A DNA stretch of 64,000 nt, from the NCBI GenBank assembly GCA_012295275.1, contig CM022673.1, positions 17,298,001-17,362,000 of the forward strand. The letters run 5' to 3'. The DNA is from Chrysomallon squamiferum. Taxonomy: Eukaryota > Animalia > Mollusca. Below, piece after piece: positions 1-14,504 of the stretch (position 1 is the stretch's first letter; the number at the start of each line of letters is the position of its first letter). Under the pieces are notes generated by a model, which had not been told where the DNA came from, did no database searches, and saw only the letters and a program-made list of their open reading frames with translations. Made by a program: the position numbers and the translations under genes.

Positions 1-172
1 GAGTGTGTATATATATTTGTGTGGGAGAGTGTGTGTGTGTATTTGTGTGGGAGAGTGTGTGTATGTATTTGTGTGGGAGAGTGTGTGTGTATTTGTGTGG
101 GAGAGTGTGTGTATGTATTTGTGTGGGAGAGTGTGTGTGTGTATTTGTGTGGGAGAGTGCGTGTGTGTATAT
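1..172. repeat. 26-28 bp GT-rich tandem repeat, truncated by window start
   Basis: About 6 copies of GGGAGAGTGTGTGT(AT/GT)GTATTTGTGT. Confidence 0.9.
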
Positions 173-418
173 GTGCGGCTTTCTGAGTGGCCCGCCTAAT
201 TTCACAAGGAAAATAATATTAATTAAAATGTTATAAAATGAGTCTATTTTTGTATATACTAAAACACATGTACATTATTTTTTATATTATAACAGTTCCT
301 GAAGTTAAATGAAAATGACAAATTTCTTAAAATGATCTCTTCGTAAAAACACAAACTCGCCTAAATTAGTACCATGTCTTGTTTGGCCCGCTTCTCGAAA
401 AAAGTTGCCATGCCTAGT
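172..418 (+). mobile_element. Possible 3' end of a hAT (Charlie/SPIN-like) non-autonomous DNA transposon
   Basis: TGCGGC..GTGGCCCGC and the terminal TTTGGCCCGC...AAAAAAGTTGCCATGCCT resemble typical hAT subterminal and TIR motifs (recalled pattern). The partner TIR is not in the window. Confidence 0.35.
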
Positions 419-734
419 ATAAAACATAAAATGAGTATACTTGCAGAAAACAGTTTGTACACGCCAATCAGGAAGATATCATTATGTTCACATATTGAAA
501 CGTAGTCTTCATAATGATATTATGGGTGTCTTTGTAATTTCACACACTGCATTTGCAAACATCTGCACAGTCACGTGTCTAGATTTTACTCTGTCATACA
601 TTACCTACAGCACTTCTTGACCATCCAAAGGGATGAAAAGAGAAATAATGTGTTTTTCAGTCAAAGTTTAAATCATCGATACAGAAAAGTCAATAAAAAA
701 TCCCCACAGGAGTCATTTATTGGCACTAGACTTG

Positions 735-765
<31 letters not shown>

Positions 766-2791
766 AAAGCATAAACTGATTTTGAAATAAATTTTATTAT
801 CCCTTTATGAAAGCTAAATTTATGAAGATGTTCCAAGGAAACTCACATGAAGAGGTCAGTTACACGTAACGACATCAGTACATGACGACATCATGGTAAC
901 TACATACGTCATCAGTACCATTCGGTGACATTTCCAGCACGGGCACTTTGTTATAACAAACAAATAAACACCAGGACACTACAAAACAAATAAACACCAG
1001 GACACTACAAAACAAATTACATCATGGAAATATTGCAATCCTCCTGCAGATTACGTGTTCATGTGGCGTCGACATCATCAGCATGCTGATGACATGAATG
1101 GAAATCAGTTGTCGAGACCGGTGAATACCAATTTAAGCTGAAGTGTGAAACATCTGCATATTTACTGACGTTGACACACGCTTCAGGTCAGCGTTTGCAC
1201 TTTGAAACGTAATCAGCTTAGTGACGGACGTTTACTGTTCCGAAGAAACGCATCACTGAACGTGTGAAGCCTTTTTCTATAATTATAACAGTTTTCCTAC
1301 GAAAAGATAAAACTACGACATCTTTTGTTCTGTGGATGTAAAAAGGAAATAATCTAACTTTCTTTTCTTTTTTTCGTTTATTCGTAATAACACTCCAAGT
1401 GTTGCAGTTCGCTAACTCTATCACTGACACAGAACTAGCTGTCTGGATCGTTGTGTGAAATGATCAAATCAGTGACCCTCTGTGTCACAGTTTACTTAAA
1501 CACTTGTTCGCTTGGAAGAATGCAGAAAATCACTAGCTGTTGTCCTCGTCGTAATCAAATATACAACGTCTGGACAACGTGGTCTTCCTCTATTTCAACA
1601 AATTAGAGAAGACACTGTTGCAAATCTGAAAAGACGTTTTCTCTTTCTGGAACATCTTGGTAATGACATGGTAATGACGTCATATTTGTCTGTATTATAC
1701 TCAAGTATGGATCTATCTGATAGTGAGATCGTAGTGAATTAACGAACAGATTCTTCATTTAATGACTACTGCATTGTTTTTGTGTTTTTTAACTTCTTTT
1801 TTTTTTTACTCTTTTTTTCAGCTGGTATCAATTATTGTTTTTTGGTGGTGTTCTTTGGTTCCTTTATTGACGTCACGATAAAAGGAAACTTTTCATTCTC
1901 TGCGATACATTGAGTAGCAAGAGTTCTTTTACAGTGAAAGAAACATAAATTTATGCGTATATGTATGTATGTATGAATGTATGAGTGTGTATGTTTATAT
2001 GTTTGATTTATACATATATGCAACACATATACATACACATATACATATACACATACATACATATATACATATACACATACATACACACATACATACAAAC
2101 AAATATAAATACATACGTACACACACACACACATAAAAACACATTGTTAGATACATACCTATTTACATATGTATATATACATACAGATAGAAAGACATAT
2201 ATACACGTACACACAAATTCACATCACATACATATACATACATAACACATGGATAATAAATAGATACATTAATACTTACAAATATACATACATACATACA
2301 AATAAAGTTATCTTGATGGCCGAAAGTTATTTAGATACATACGTACACATATGTACACATATATGTCATGTTTATCTACTGTTCGAGACTGCTCTCTGTG
2401 TTCCGTAATGAACTTACTTCCCATACATTAACTTTACTTTGGTCTGACGTGAAATCTGTGAGATAAAATAGCGTATTAAAATTTCATTATAATCTGTTCT
2501 GGTAGACACAGAAGGCTAAAGTGAGATGCAGAATGAACTGATAACAAACCCGAGCTGTGACTCATGCGTCTAAAAATAAAAACAATAATAACAATAATAA
2601 TAACAACAATAACTCGATCAGTCGCGTGGGATTAAAAGCTTATGGGAACAGTTTTCTAATGTTGAGGAAAGTTTATGAGGGATTTGCAGATAAAAACGTA
2701 ATATTCTGAGAGATTACTATTATTAATTGTTTTTTTTTTTGCTGGTGTGCGTTGTTCAGATTTGGAGGATGTTAACTACAGAAGAAAAAAA

Positions 2792-2843
<52 letters not shown>

Positions 2844-4071
2844 ATGTGGACGTATTCTGTATGTAGATTATATCTGTATCACAGAAAAGAAATCAGTCTG
2901 CGTGCGTGTACAAGTAAAAAGATGTAAACAGGTAGTTTGTCTTTTTACATTTGCGTTTATTTCTCGGCTTTTATGCAGTTATTATCGAGTTTGTATGGTG
3001 TTATTTTTGCATATTAGTTCTTGAGCCAGACCGAACTGAGTACGAAATTAGTAAACAGCTCCAACATGCGTTGTGCAAAGTGTTCGAAATCAGTTGATGG
3101 ACGCATCACATTTGTTGTCTAGCACTTTCTGGCGGCCATCTTTGAATATGTCTGTAAGATTTTCTTTGCGCAAATTATAGATATAGCCATTTAACGATAA
3201 ATATTTTATAACGGATTTAACGGATAAAGAAAATTGTTTATCGTTTAGAACAACATTTATTAAGGTTTTATTTCCTGTTTCATGATATATATTTAATTTC
3301 AGTAAAACATCTGTAAGCAATTTTATTATTATTTTAAAGAAAATAAATAAATAAATAAGACAATAAATAACTAAATAAACGAATAAATAAATAAATAAAT
3401 AAATAAACGAATAAATAAATAAATAAATAAATAAACGAATAATTAAATAAAGAAAGAAATAAACGAGAACTAAAGAGACTAAAATTATTTTTTTTTAAAA
3501 CCCATAAATAATAATAATAAAAAAATATACAACAAAATAAAAAATCAAATCAAATCAAATAAAATGAAATAAAAATTACTTTTTCTAACACAAGTAGTTG
3601 CATGTTACAGCGATCTATCACATTCAACAGACAAACTGAGTTTTAATGGCAGCAAAATGCTTCAGTGGTGTTTAGCAAAATTATGCTTTTAGTAACCAGC
3701 TGTTACACTTCTGTTTTTTTAGGTTTTACTGAACGTCTCGTTATTTGAAAACTATTGATTATAATAACTCTGTGAGAAGCCGATACACGTCATTCTGTGA
3801 AACCCGAAACTTGATCTTGTTCATCTCTGTAACGAACCACTTTGTTAAAACTGAGGAAAATCAAATTCACTGACGTTTGTCAGCTGAATTAGAACATACA
3901 CACATCCTGCCTCTACCGAATAAATATGGCAGGCATACAGAGCTTTTATCAGGTAAAATTAATAAAATAATAAAAATAAAATAAAACAAGGAACCAACAA
4001 AAGGATTCTGCTTTACTGATGGGGTTTTGTTCTTTGTTTTTATTGTGGTTTGGACTTATTTTTTTAGGCTG

Positions 4072-4097
4072 ACTACTGCTACTATTACTACTACTAT

Positions 4098-4150
<53 letters not shown>

Positions 4151-4372
4151 TTTCTACTACTACTACTACTACTACTGACGTTATTACTACTACTACTCCT
4201 AATATTACAACTATAACAACTATTACTATTACTACTAATATTTCGACTACTACAGCTGCAACTACTTCTACCACTACTGCAACTACTACTACTGTTATTT
4301 CTACTAAAACTACTACTACAATTACTACTAATACTGCTACAACCACTGTATTACTGCTACTACTACTAATAA
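4072..4372. repeat. (ACT)n/(ATT)n trinucleotide array
   Basis: Direct inspection; produces spurious poly-Thr and poly-Val ORFs. Confidence 0.95.
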
Positions 4373-4830
4373 TAACAGATAAACAAAAATAATAAATTAA
4401 GTTCATAAATAAAATGATACAGCTAAAGCAATCCTTTTATAAAAAGTTCTGTTTCTGTTAAACATTTTTACAAAATTAAAAAGACGTCACTGAACAGAGA
4501 ACATGAAAAAATAATCATCTTTCTTTCAATTAGTTAAATGAAAAACATGCGCCGTCATAATAGATTTTCCTTAGTGACATTAAACATAGTTATATTTATA
4601 CTGTTAGTGCAATAAATAATTTACATCAGAAACGTTTAAAAGTGAATTTATGTTTTATGAAGTCTTACTGAGAAAATAGGTCCCTTAGAAATATCAAGGG
4701 TTCTTCTTCAGTTTAGACAGTTGTATGGTATTAAAAATTATGTCAACATACTTGAAATTCTTCTAAGTATGGAAATCAAGCCTGGAATACCGGAGAGAAT
4801 GACAGAGACAATCATGCATAACAGAGAGAA

Positions 4831-4929
<99 letters not shown>

Positions 4930-6223
4930 ATAGACGTATCAAGCATCTTTCTGAAGACCCACTAAACATAAAAAAAAGTACACAAAAATCTTCAGGCTGT
5001 TTTTAAAATATAAAATTAGATTTTATAAATTAAACATCGGCGTAAATTAGTTATTGTTTAGGTTTGTGTATTTGTCATTAGAAGCTGTACTAATGGTGAT
5101 AGAGTTGGGCGGCTTCCTTCACCAGAAAGATTTTAAATGATTCAAGGGTTTAATGCTTATTCTTACAGCAGAGCAAGTAAAACAAAGCAACAGAAGAAAA
5201 CGTACGTACGTTTGAAATAGCGGTATGCACTTTCTGTTGCCTCTACTCAATCTGGCCTTGGATTAGTTATTTAAGGATAATTTGCTCGACACTTCGAGCC
5301 TGTGATTAAGCAGCAGACTGAAGAGTGACAGCAAAGTTAGACGTCTGTGATTTCAGTCGCACTGAGTACAAGAAAGAATTGATTAAGTGTAACATCAATA
5401 CACGTACAGTTAGTAACAAATGTGTACTTGTATATACATACATACACACATACATACATATACACACATATACATACATAAATACATATATACATTCATA
5501 CATACACACATACACACATACATACAAACACCCACACACTAACACATATACACATATACACAGACCTAAGAACATTATATAAATGCACGTAAAAACGACG
5601 AAAGACAAAAACAACGGCCTGCTTCTTGTGGAGCGATGATTACAGCTCTGTATTGAGCAGCTTCCTTCTTCTGTTTTTAACGCTTATCTTAATGGCCGAA
5701 CGGTAACATCGTCCGCGAATGAATGCTTTGTCCTCCTGTGCTAGTGCATTCCTGCCAAACAGAGAATATTCATACCTAAATACGTACGTATTTTAACTTA
5801 CTCACTTTTGCAATATAATCTACATATTTGTACGTACCGAACTGAGAGTTACCTTCACTCATTCTCTCAATCACTAACATACACTCGTTTAGTTACTCTC
5901 ATTCTCTCATTCACTAACATACACTCGTTCATTTACTCTCATTCTCTCTTCCTCTCAGTCACTTAACTTTCTATTTCTTTCTCTGTCTGTCTCTGTTTCT
6001 GTCTCAGTCTGTCGGTCTGTGTGTGTGTGTGTTACTCATTGGATAGGACGGGTGAAAGCAAACAACAGCAGGACACTTTAAGCCTAATTAAAGTGTCAGA
6101 ATGAAGAAAAAAAAAGAAGATGCAGGAGAAAAAGACGAATAAGAATTCTAAGATATGTCACGCTTCTGATTTTTTAAATTATAATCTAGCTTTGCAAAAT
6201 ATCAACGGCTTTTTTGTAACTTT

Positions 6224-6240
6224 GTGTGTATGTGTGTGTG

Positions 6241-6338
<98 letters not shown>

Positions 6339-6377
6339 GTGTGTGAGTGTGTGTGTGTGTGTGTGGTTGTAGTGTGT

Positions 6378-6414
<37 letters not shown>

Positions 6415-6468
6415 ACATGTGTGTACTTTGTGTGTGTCCATGTGTGTGTCTCTGTGTGTGTGTGTGTG
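6224..6468. repeat. (GT)n microsatellite
   Basis: Direct inspection. It is one of many (GT)n, (AG)n, (AAT)n and (AAAT)n tracts, e.g. 4833-4927, 14382-14502, 19192-19290, 19618-19759, 21232-21412, 22141-22221, 25592-25732, 30133-30269, 30915-31148, 33247-33327, 33776-33882. Confidence 0.95.
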
Positions 6469-6553
6469 AACGACTCAGATATTTCTCTAAAACACAGATT
6501 CTAGACAGTGGTTCTAAACAAACTCTCACATAGTGTCTAAGAAGGGTCCATAT

Positions 6554-6601
<48 letters not shown>

Positions 6602-6971
6602 AGTATCGTTCTTATTCGAATCTTCTCTAAAAAGAAATAAAGTTTTCTTTCTCTCAACATGTCGTCTCTCTTTCTGTCATTTTTTTCTATCTTTGCGTAT
6701 TTCAGTCATTTTATTTCAATTATCAAAGTATATTTCGCAGATATGTGGTGTTAATCCGTTTTTTCATATTCTAAAACTCGGTTTTTACAGCTTGTTGAAT
6801 ATAAAAAAATAAAATAAAAGGATTTTGTGCAGGAAACTATCAGAAGAGAATGCGGAGAGGTTGTTGTTTCTTTAATACACGACGAATGCTTGCTCGCTAA
6901 AACCTCAAAGCATTTTCAACAAACATAAAGATTTTTTGGTGGATGTTTTTAGTTAATATTATTGTTATTGC

Positions 6972-7031
<60 letters not shown>

Positions 7032-7370
7032 GTGATTAACAAGGAATGTTTGGTTTTAAATTGACTGCAGTACGTCCTATCAGAAGCTTTGTGTTTACCG
7101 TTTGGCTGGAGCAGCACTGTAGTAATAATAACAAAACAAAAAGAAAGAAAAAAGTTTCTGCTTATAATTATCATTCTGTCAAAAATAATTGTCATTTTAT
7201 CCTGATTTTAGCTCAGTTTTCTCTCATGTTTTTTTTTTTTTTTTTTCACTTTTCTATTATTTTTTCTATTTTTCTTTTTCTTTCTTTCCGACATTGTTTT
7301 TTTCCTTTCTGTCTTTATATCTGCTATTAAAATATTGCATGTACAAAATTCAAAACAGAAGTGAAAAAGC

Positions 7371-7402
<32 letters not shown>

Positions 7403-7734
7403 TAAAAATTAAGGACAACAACAAATATTAATATAATAATAAATAATGATGATGATGATGATGATGAATATGACTGTGATAATTATAATAATCTTAAAAA
7501 GAATAATTAAAAAGAATAATTTAAAAAATTGTTAAAATAAATAAAAAGTATATAAATTAATGAAATTATAAATAAATAAATAAATAAGATAAAATAAGAT
7601 AAGTTAAGATGCGATAGAATAAACTAAACTAAACTAAAATAATAATATTAACCAAATAAAAATAAATAATAATAATAATAATAAATTTAAAGATTTATTT
7701 TAGCTCATTCAAATAAGGGTTGTTAACACAAAAC

Positions 7735-8065
7735 ATGGCGGTTAGATTCTGTATTTAATCGGGATTTATCGGAAGTTTTCTGGTGGCTGTTGGTCGATCA
7801 CTTCCGTATTGCTTCGGTAAATTCCGCCAATCTCCAGCGGCTGCGCCGTTTGCCGATGAATGGGCCGAAACATCGCTTCTCTTTCGCTGTGAATAAAATC
7901 CCGATATTTCTCTTTCTTGTTACTGCCAGCTGGTTGAACGAGTGGATACGGGGAAAAAAGCAACAGAACGAGGCAGAATTCGGTTTTAATATTTGAACAA
8001 ATATTCTGTATTCTGTATTCTTCTCATGTAAGTGTACAAGAATGGATTATGAAATTCAAGATTTG
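7735..8065 (+). other. Candidate upstream (first/5'UTR) exon, possibly of the GPCR
   Basis: GC/CpG-richer island inside very AT-rich sequence, ending at a consensus donor TTG|GTAAGT (GT at 8066). No other gene was detected between it and the GPCR exon at 25857. The assignment to the GPCR is inference. Confidence 0.35.
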
Positions 8066-8849
8066 GTAAGTAATGTTTAGTTACTTTTTTTAATGTTAAA
8101 TGTTTTAGGTTGGTGGGAGAGTATGCATATTTATTAATGTTTAAGAGTAAAGGATGGCTAGAAAGAAAGAAAGAGAGACAGACAGAGAAAGAGGAAAAGA
8201 AAACAGAGAGAATCAGAAAGAAAATTTTAACTATCGTTTTATTTTCATTCAGTCATTCTTTCTTTCATTATTCATTCATTCCTACTTAGTTTTTCTCCTT
8301 CTTTTTTTTTTATTCACAATTCTTTCTTTCTACTTTCATTCATTCATTTTTTCTGTGATTTTTCATTCATCGTTTCTTTTTTTTATTTGAATCTTATTTT
8401 CTTTCTTCCATCGTTTCTTTCACTTTTTATTTGTTATTTTTCTTCTTCCATTCGCTCTTTTTCGCTTTTCATTCTTTCATTATTATTATTATTATTTAAT
8501 TCTTAAAAACTTTTTTTAGTTTATTATATATATATTTTTTTTTTTTGTTATTTAAATAAATAGCATCTAAACCAGGTATATTTTCATATTTTACTCTAAT
8601 AATTAATTTAATAAACACGTTCTTTAAACTCGTACATCTTTTATGAAGCTCATTCATGCTTGTATCCTATAAGAACTTTAACGAGATGACTTTGCAATCT
8701 CCCTGGTTGCTATTGGATTTCTCTTTCCTTTTGTTGAGATGTTTTGAAAAGAATCTATGGTAACAGCGGGATGCAGCGGTTTTTCTGTGAACATAATCAG
8801 TCTTAGTTTTCTCGTTGTTTAGTACGTAAGACATATTTTACATTTAAAT

Positions 8850-10279
<1,430 letters not shown>

Positions 10280-11060
10280 CTGCGTCTTTTACTGCCTCAC
10301 TTTCTTGCCCGTACTGAATTAATCATATTCCGAATCATCTTCGTACAGATTATTATAATTATTATGCAATGAAACGACATCTGTAAGAAATGTACTGATT
10401 ACAAATCAAGCCAATTTGGATAGCGAATTCTCAGTCACTGCACAAATCAATTATAACCGGTTTATAATTGAGCAGATGTCAAAGTAACAACAAATCTGGT
10501 ATTAATAGTAGATGTACACAGTTGTATTAACATCTGTATGTTTACTAACACTGGTATTTACACAGAATAAGATTAATAAGAAGTAACTGGCAAGGTTAAG
10601 ACTATTTTTTCTGTTTATCTAACAACTCTGTTCTTTTCTCTACGTCAAATTCACGTCTCTTTATCACCTTTCCACGACCTCTCCTCCTCACCTGTCTCTC
10701 TCCTTCCCCCTCACCTGTCTCTCTCCCCTCACCTGTCTCTCCCCCCTCACCTGTCTCTCTCCCCCCTCACCTATCTCCCTCTCCGTCCTGCTTTTTTTTA
10801 AATCAAAACGCTTCACATTCACAGTTTAGTGTGTTAGACATAATTAAAAAGACCTCTCAGATAAGAAAAGAGGAAATCTGCTGTCAGTACTTCATGGACG
10901 TCTCTTTCTGATTAGCATAAATAATCTTTTACATGGGACATCCCAACAACAGGATAGTACATACCATGGTTTTTGTTACGGCAACTGACACTCTACCACT
11001 GAACAATAGAACAATAAAATAATAAAAAGATAGGAAAAGAAGGTTTGAAGAAAATAAAAA

Positions 11061-11113
<53 letters not shown>

Positions 11114-11479
11114 TGAAGAAAAGAACTAAAGCCAATAAAACAAAAATCCCTTCAATACTGATGTAAAATAGCGGATTACTTTGTGAATGACTTGCTAATA
11201 CAATTCATTTCTTTGTTATGTTCGGCTATTACGTTTCTCTGTTCTCATCTTTTAAATTAGAATCTTGCCTAAAAACACAGACATTTCAATTAAACAAGTT
11301 TATTGGTTTTGTTCATAGGAACCATCTAACAGGATTAGTCCAACAGTAAGATGTATTTATCTTCTTTTTTTTTCTTTTTTTTTTTTTTCACTATTGGGCA
11401 AATGAGACAGAGTTAAACAGGTTTTAATTAAAATACTGCAACACCGTTTTCATAGCTAGTCCTGCTGCTTCAGTTATCA

Positions 11480-12170
11480 CAACAACAACAACTACTACTA
11501 CAACTTCCACTTGCAATTACTATGCAAGAGCAAAAACAACAACTACTAATACTACAGTTACTACAACTACACAAACAACTACTATGCAAGAACAAAAACA
11601 ACTACTACATATACAACAACAACTACTACAACCAATAACTACTGCTAGAGGTGTCGGTCTAATTAGTACTACTATTACTATTATCGCTACTACTATTTCA
11701 ACTATTACTACTATTACCATTACTGCTACTACTATTTCAACTATTACTACTATTACTATTACTGCTACTACTATTTCTACTATTACTACTATTACTATTA
11801 CTGCTACTACTATTTCAACTATTACTACTATTACTATTACTGCTACTACTATTTTGCTATTACTACTATTACTATTACTGCTACTACTATTTCAACTATT
11901 ACTGCTGTTACTATTACTGCTACTACTATTTCTACTATTACTACTATTACTATTACTGCTACTACTATTTCAACTATTACTGCTACTACTATTTCTACTA
12001 TTACTATTACCGCTACTACTATTTCTACGATTAGTGCTATTACTATTGCTTCTACTGGTACTGTTACTTTTATTACTATTACTATTTTTGATGACGTCAG
12101 CTGTTACCAACACTACAGCTTTACAACTACTTTTACATTTGTTATAACAACGACAACTGCTACTACTACT
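11480..12170. repeat. Degenerate (ACT/ATT)n array with 39-bp higher-order unit
   Basis: ACTACTATTTCAACTATTACTACTATTACTATTACTGCT recurs at about 11690-12000. Confidence 0.9.
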
Positions 12171-12909
12171 TCAGCTATAACATAAATGTTGAAAGTATGA
12201 GTTACATACGATCTTATTTTATCTTTTTAAAAATTTCTTTTTATAAAGTAAGTAAATGTATCATCAGTTTGCTATGTTTCTATAATTCTTATTTTCAGCA
12301 AAAGATTGATATTCAGTTAAAAATATAAGTGTACATAATGCATTTGAGATATTAAAAACCAAAAAATAACAGCCAAACAGACAAACAAGCATAAAGATAA
12401 ACAGACAGATTGACACATAAGCAGACAGACAGAGAGAAATAAAAACACAGCGCGAAGAAGAACACGACAGTGTAAAATATTTAAATATCTCAACATGTGA
12501 AGACGTGTTTGGATCACGCAACCACTCAGACCTGTTACTCATAATGTGTTTTGAACCATAAGTAAATCAATGAATATCTGTTTGTCTGACTTTCTATCTC
12601 TCTATCTGACTGTCTGTCTGTCTATCTATCTATCTATCTTTCTATTTATTTGACTGTTTGTCTCTCTGTGTATATATGGTGTCTGTATGTGTGTGTGGCA
12701 CATCGACATGAGTGCTTATGTCGGGACGCCCTTATTACATATAGATCTGAACGAAATAACCGTCATTTTGATCAAAATTTAATCCTGGCACAAAACGAAT
12801 CTGTAATAGGTTTTGACAATATCGGGAACCACTGTCAAAACTGTTATTTGTGATCATGAAGTTTAAAACAATTTGTTATAAAGCTTGATGAAGATTACTC
12901 CTCAACTAA

Positions 12910-13660
12910 AAAATCGAGTTTACTTCCCAGAAGGGTCAGCTGCATAAACCTGTGGATGTATTCACTGATCGTTTTGACAGAAACTCAAGTAACGGAAATG
13001 GTTCTTGGCGCTTTATTTCAATTTTTTTTTTTTTTTTTTTAAATGTCCAGATCGGATACGTTTGAACGATAATGAGGTAACAAAGGTGGCTGAAACTGAA
13101 GTGAAGCAGCGTCTATCTTCAGTTCGGCAGAGATCTGCAACTACTCAAGATACACCGCGACTTTTGATTCAGCAAACGGCAAACTGTTCTTTCACAACTT
13201 CCGACTTATATGCATCCACTCAAGTAATGACTGAGAGAAAACGGAAGTTGGATGGTGAACTTGTGCCGTATGCAAGAACTGTCAGTGAAATCGACATTCC
13301 AGAAATGCTGATAAAAAAAATACGAGAGGAAACAAATTTCTTCTACGTGACTCGGTGCAGATGACCCTGAAAGAGTCTTCATCTTTGGAACAGAAGAACA
13401 TCTTCAATACTTAGCTACTAATGGTGATTGGTTTGCTGATTGAACTTTTTAAAATAGCACCTCTTCTTTTCTATCAGTTGACAACAATTCATGCTATGAA
13501 ACATGGGACTGTGTTACCAGTGCTGTACATCTTCTTCCAAGGAAAAATGCAAGAGTTTGCGTGAGTCGAAGCAATCCTCCTAAACCTCGTTGGACAGTTT
13601 GAAGAAATTGAAGTCGTGGACCACCTACAAGGAATTTCTTTTAATGTGGAACTTACACGT
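12910..13660 (+). mobile_element. Decayed Mutator-like (FLYWCH + MULE) DNA transposon transposase remnant
   Basis: With frameshifts it translates to IEFTSQKGQ..DRFDRNSSNGNGSWR / KCPDRIRL (FLYWCH-like), then FLLRD(S)GADDPERVFIFGTEEHLQYLATNGDWFAD*TF-KIAPLLFYQLTTIHAMKHGTVLPVLYIFFQGK. This matches the MULE DDE-domain start (DGTFK..P..FYQL.TIH), with DGTF disabled by a TGA. A poly-T insertion lies at about 13022-13040. Confidence 0.8.
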
Positions 13661-13997
13661 TTGAGGTTTATGTTATTTGTTTACTGGACAGTTTGAAGAA
13701 ATTGAAGTTGATGACTGCCTAGGAGTGTTATAATAATTAGGAACAAAATGTTTGAAGTTTATGATTTGTGTACTGTTTGTTTTTCTTAAATAATAAGTAC
13801 AATAATAATAATAATAACAACAAATGTTTTATTGTCAGTGAGGTTTTGTCAGCGCGCTAGTTCACGGTTAAATCGGCGCGCTTATGTCGCTGAGTGTGTG
13901 CGTGTGTGCGCGTGTGTGCTTGTGTGTGTGTGCGTGTGTGTGTGTGTGTATATATGTAGCAAACAATAACAAACAACAAATAACAACAACAACAACA

Positions 13998-14075
<78 letters not shown>

Positions 14076-14395
14076 GCTTCCTGTAGAAATGAATTCTCAA
14101 ATCACATGTTGGACGTTACTTGCAGTACGTAGCTTCGAGCATTTAATAGCACGTCCTGATCGACAGACTGAACACGGCGTGAAGCTTCGTTTGCTGTTTA
14201 TCATAAACTGGTACTTCAGCCAGTGCCAGTAATGTAGTTAACGAGTTAACATCCAGGAGCAATACATGATGGCGCATACAGAGTAACTCGCATGTCTGTC
14301 ACTGATAACTGAAATCAAGTCTCCAGATAGTTACTGTCATTTGTAGCTACTTAATTAAACTGATTGGGATATCTAGGGTCGGAGAGAGAGAGAGG

Positions 14396-14504
<109 letters not shown>

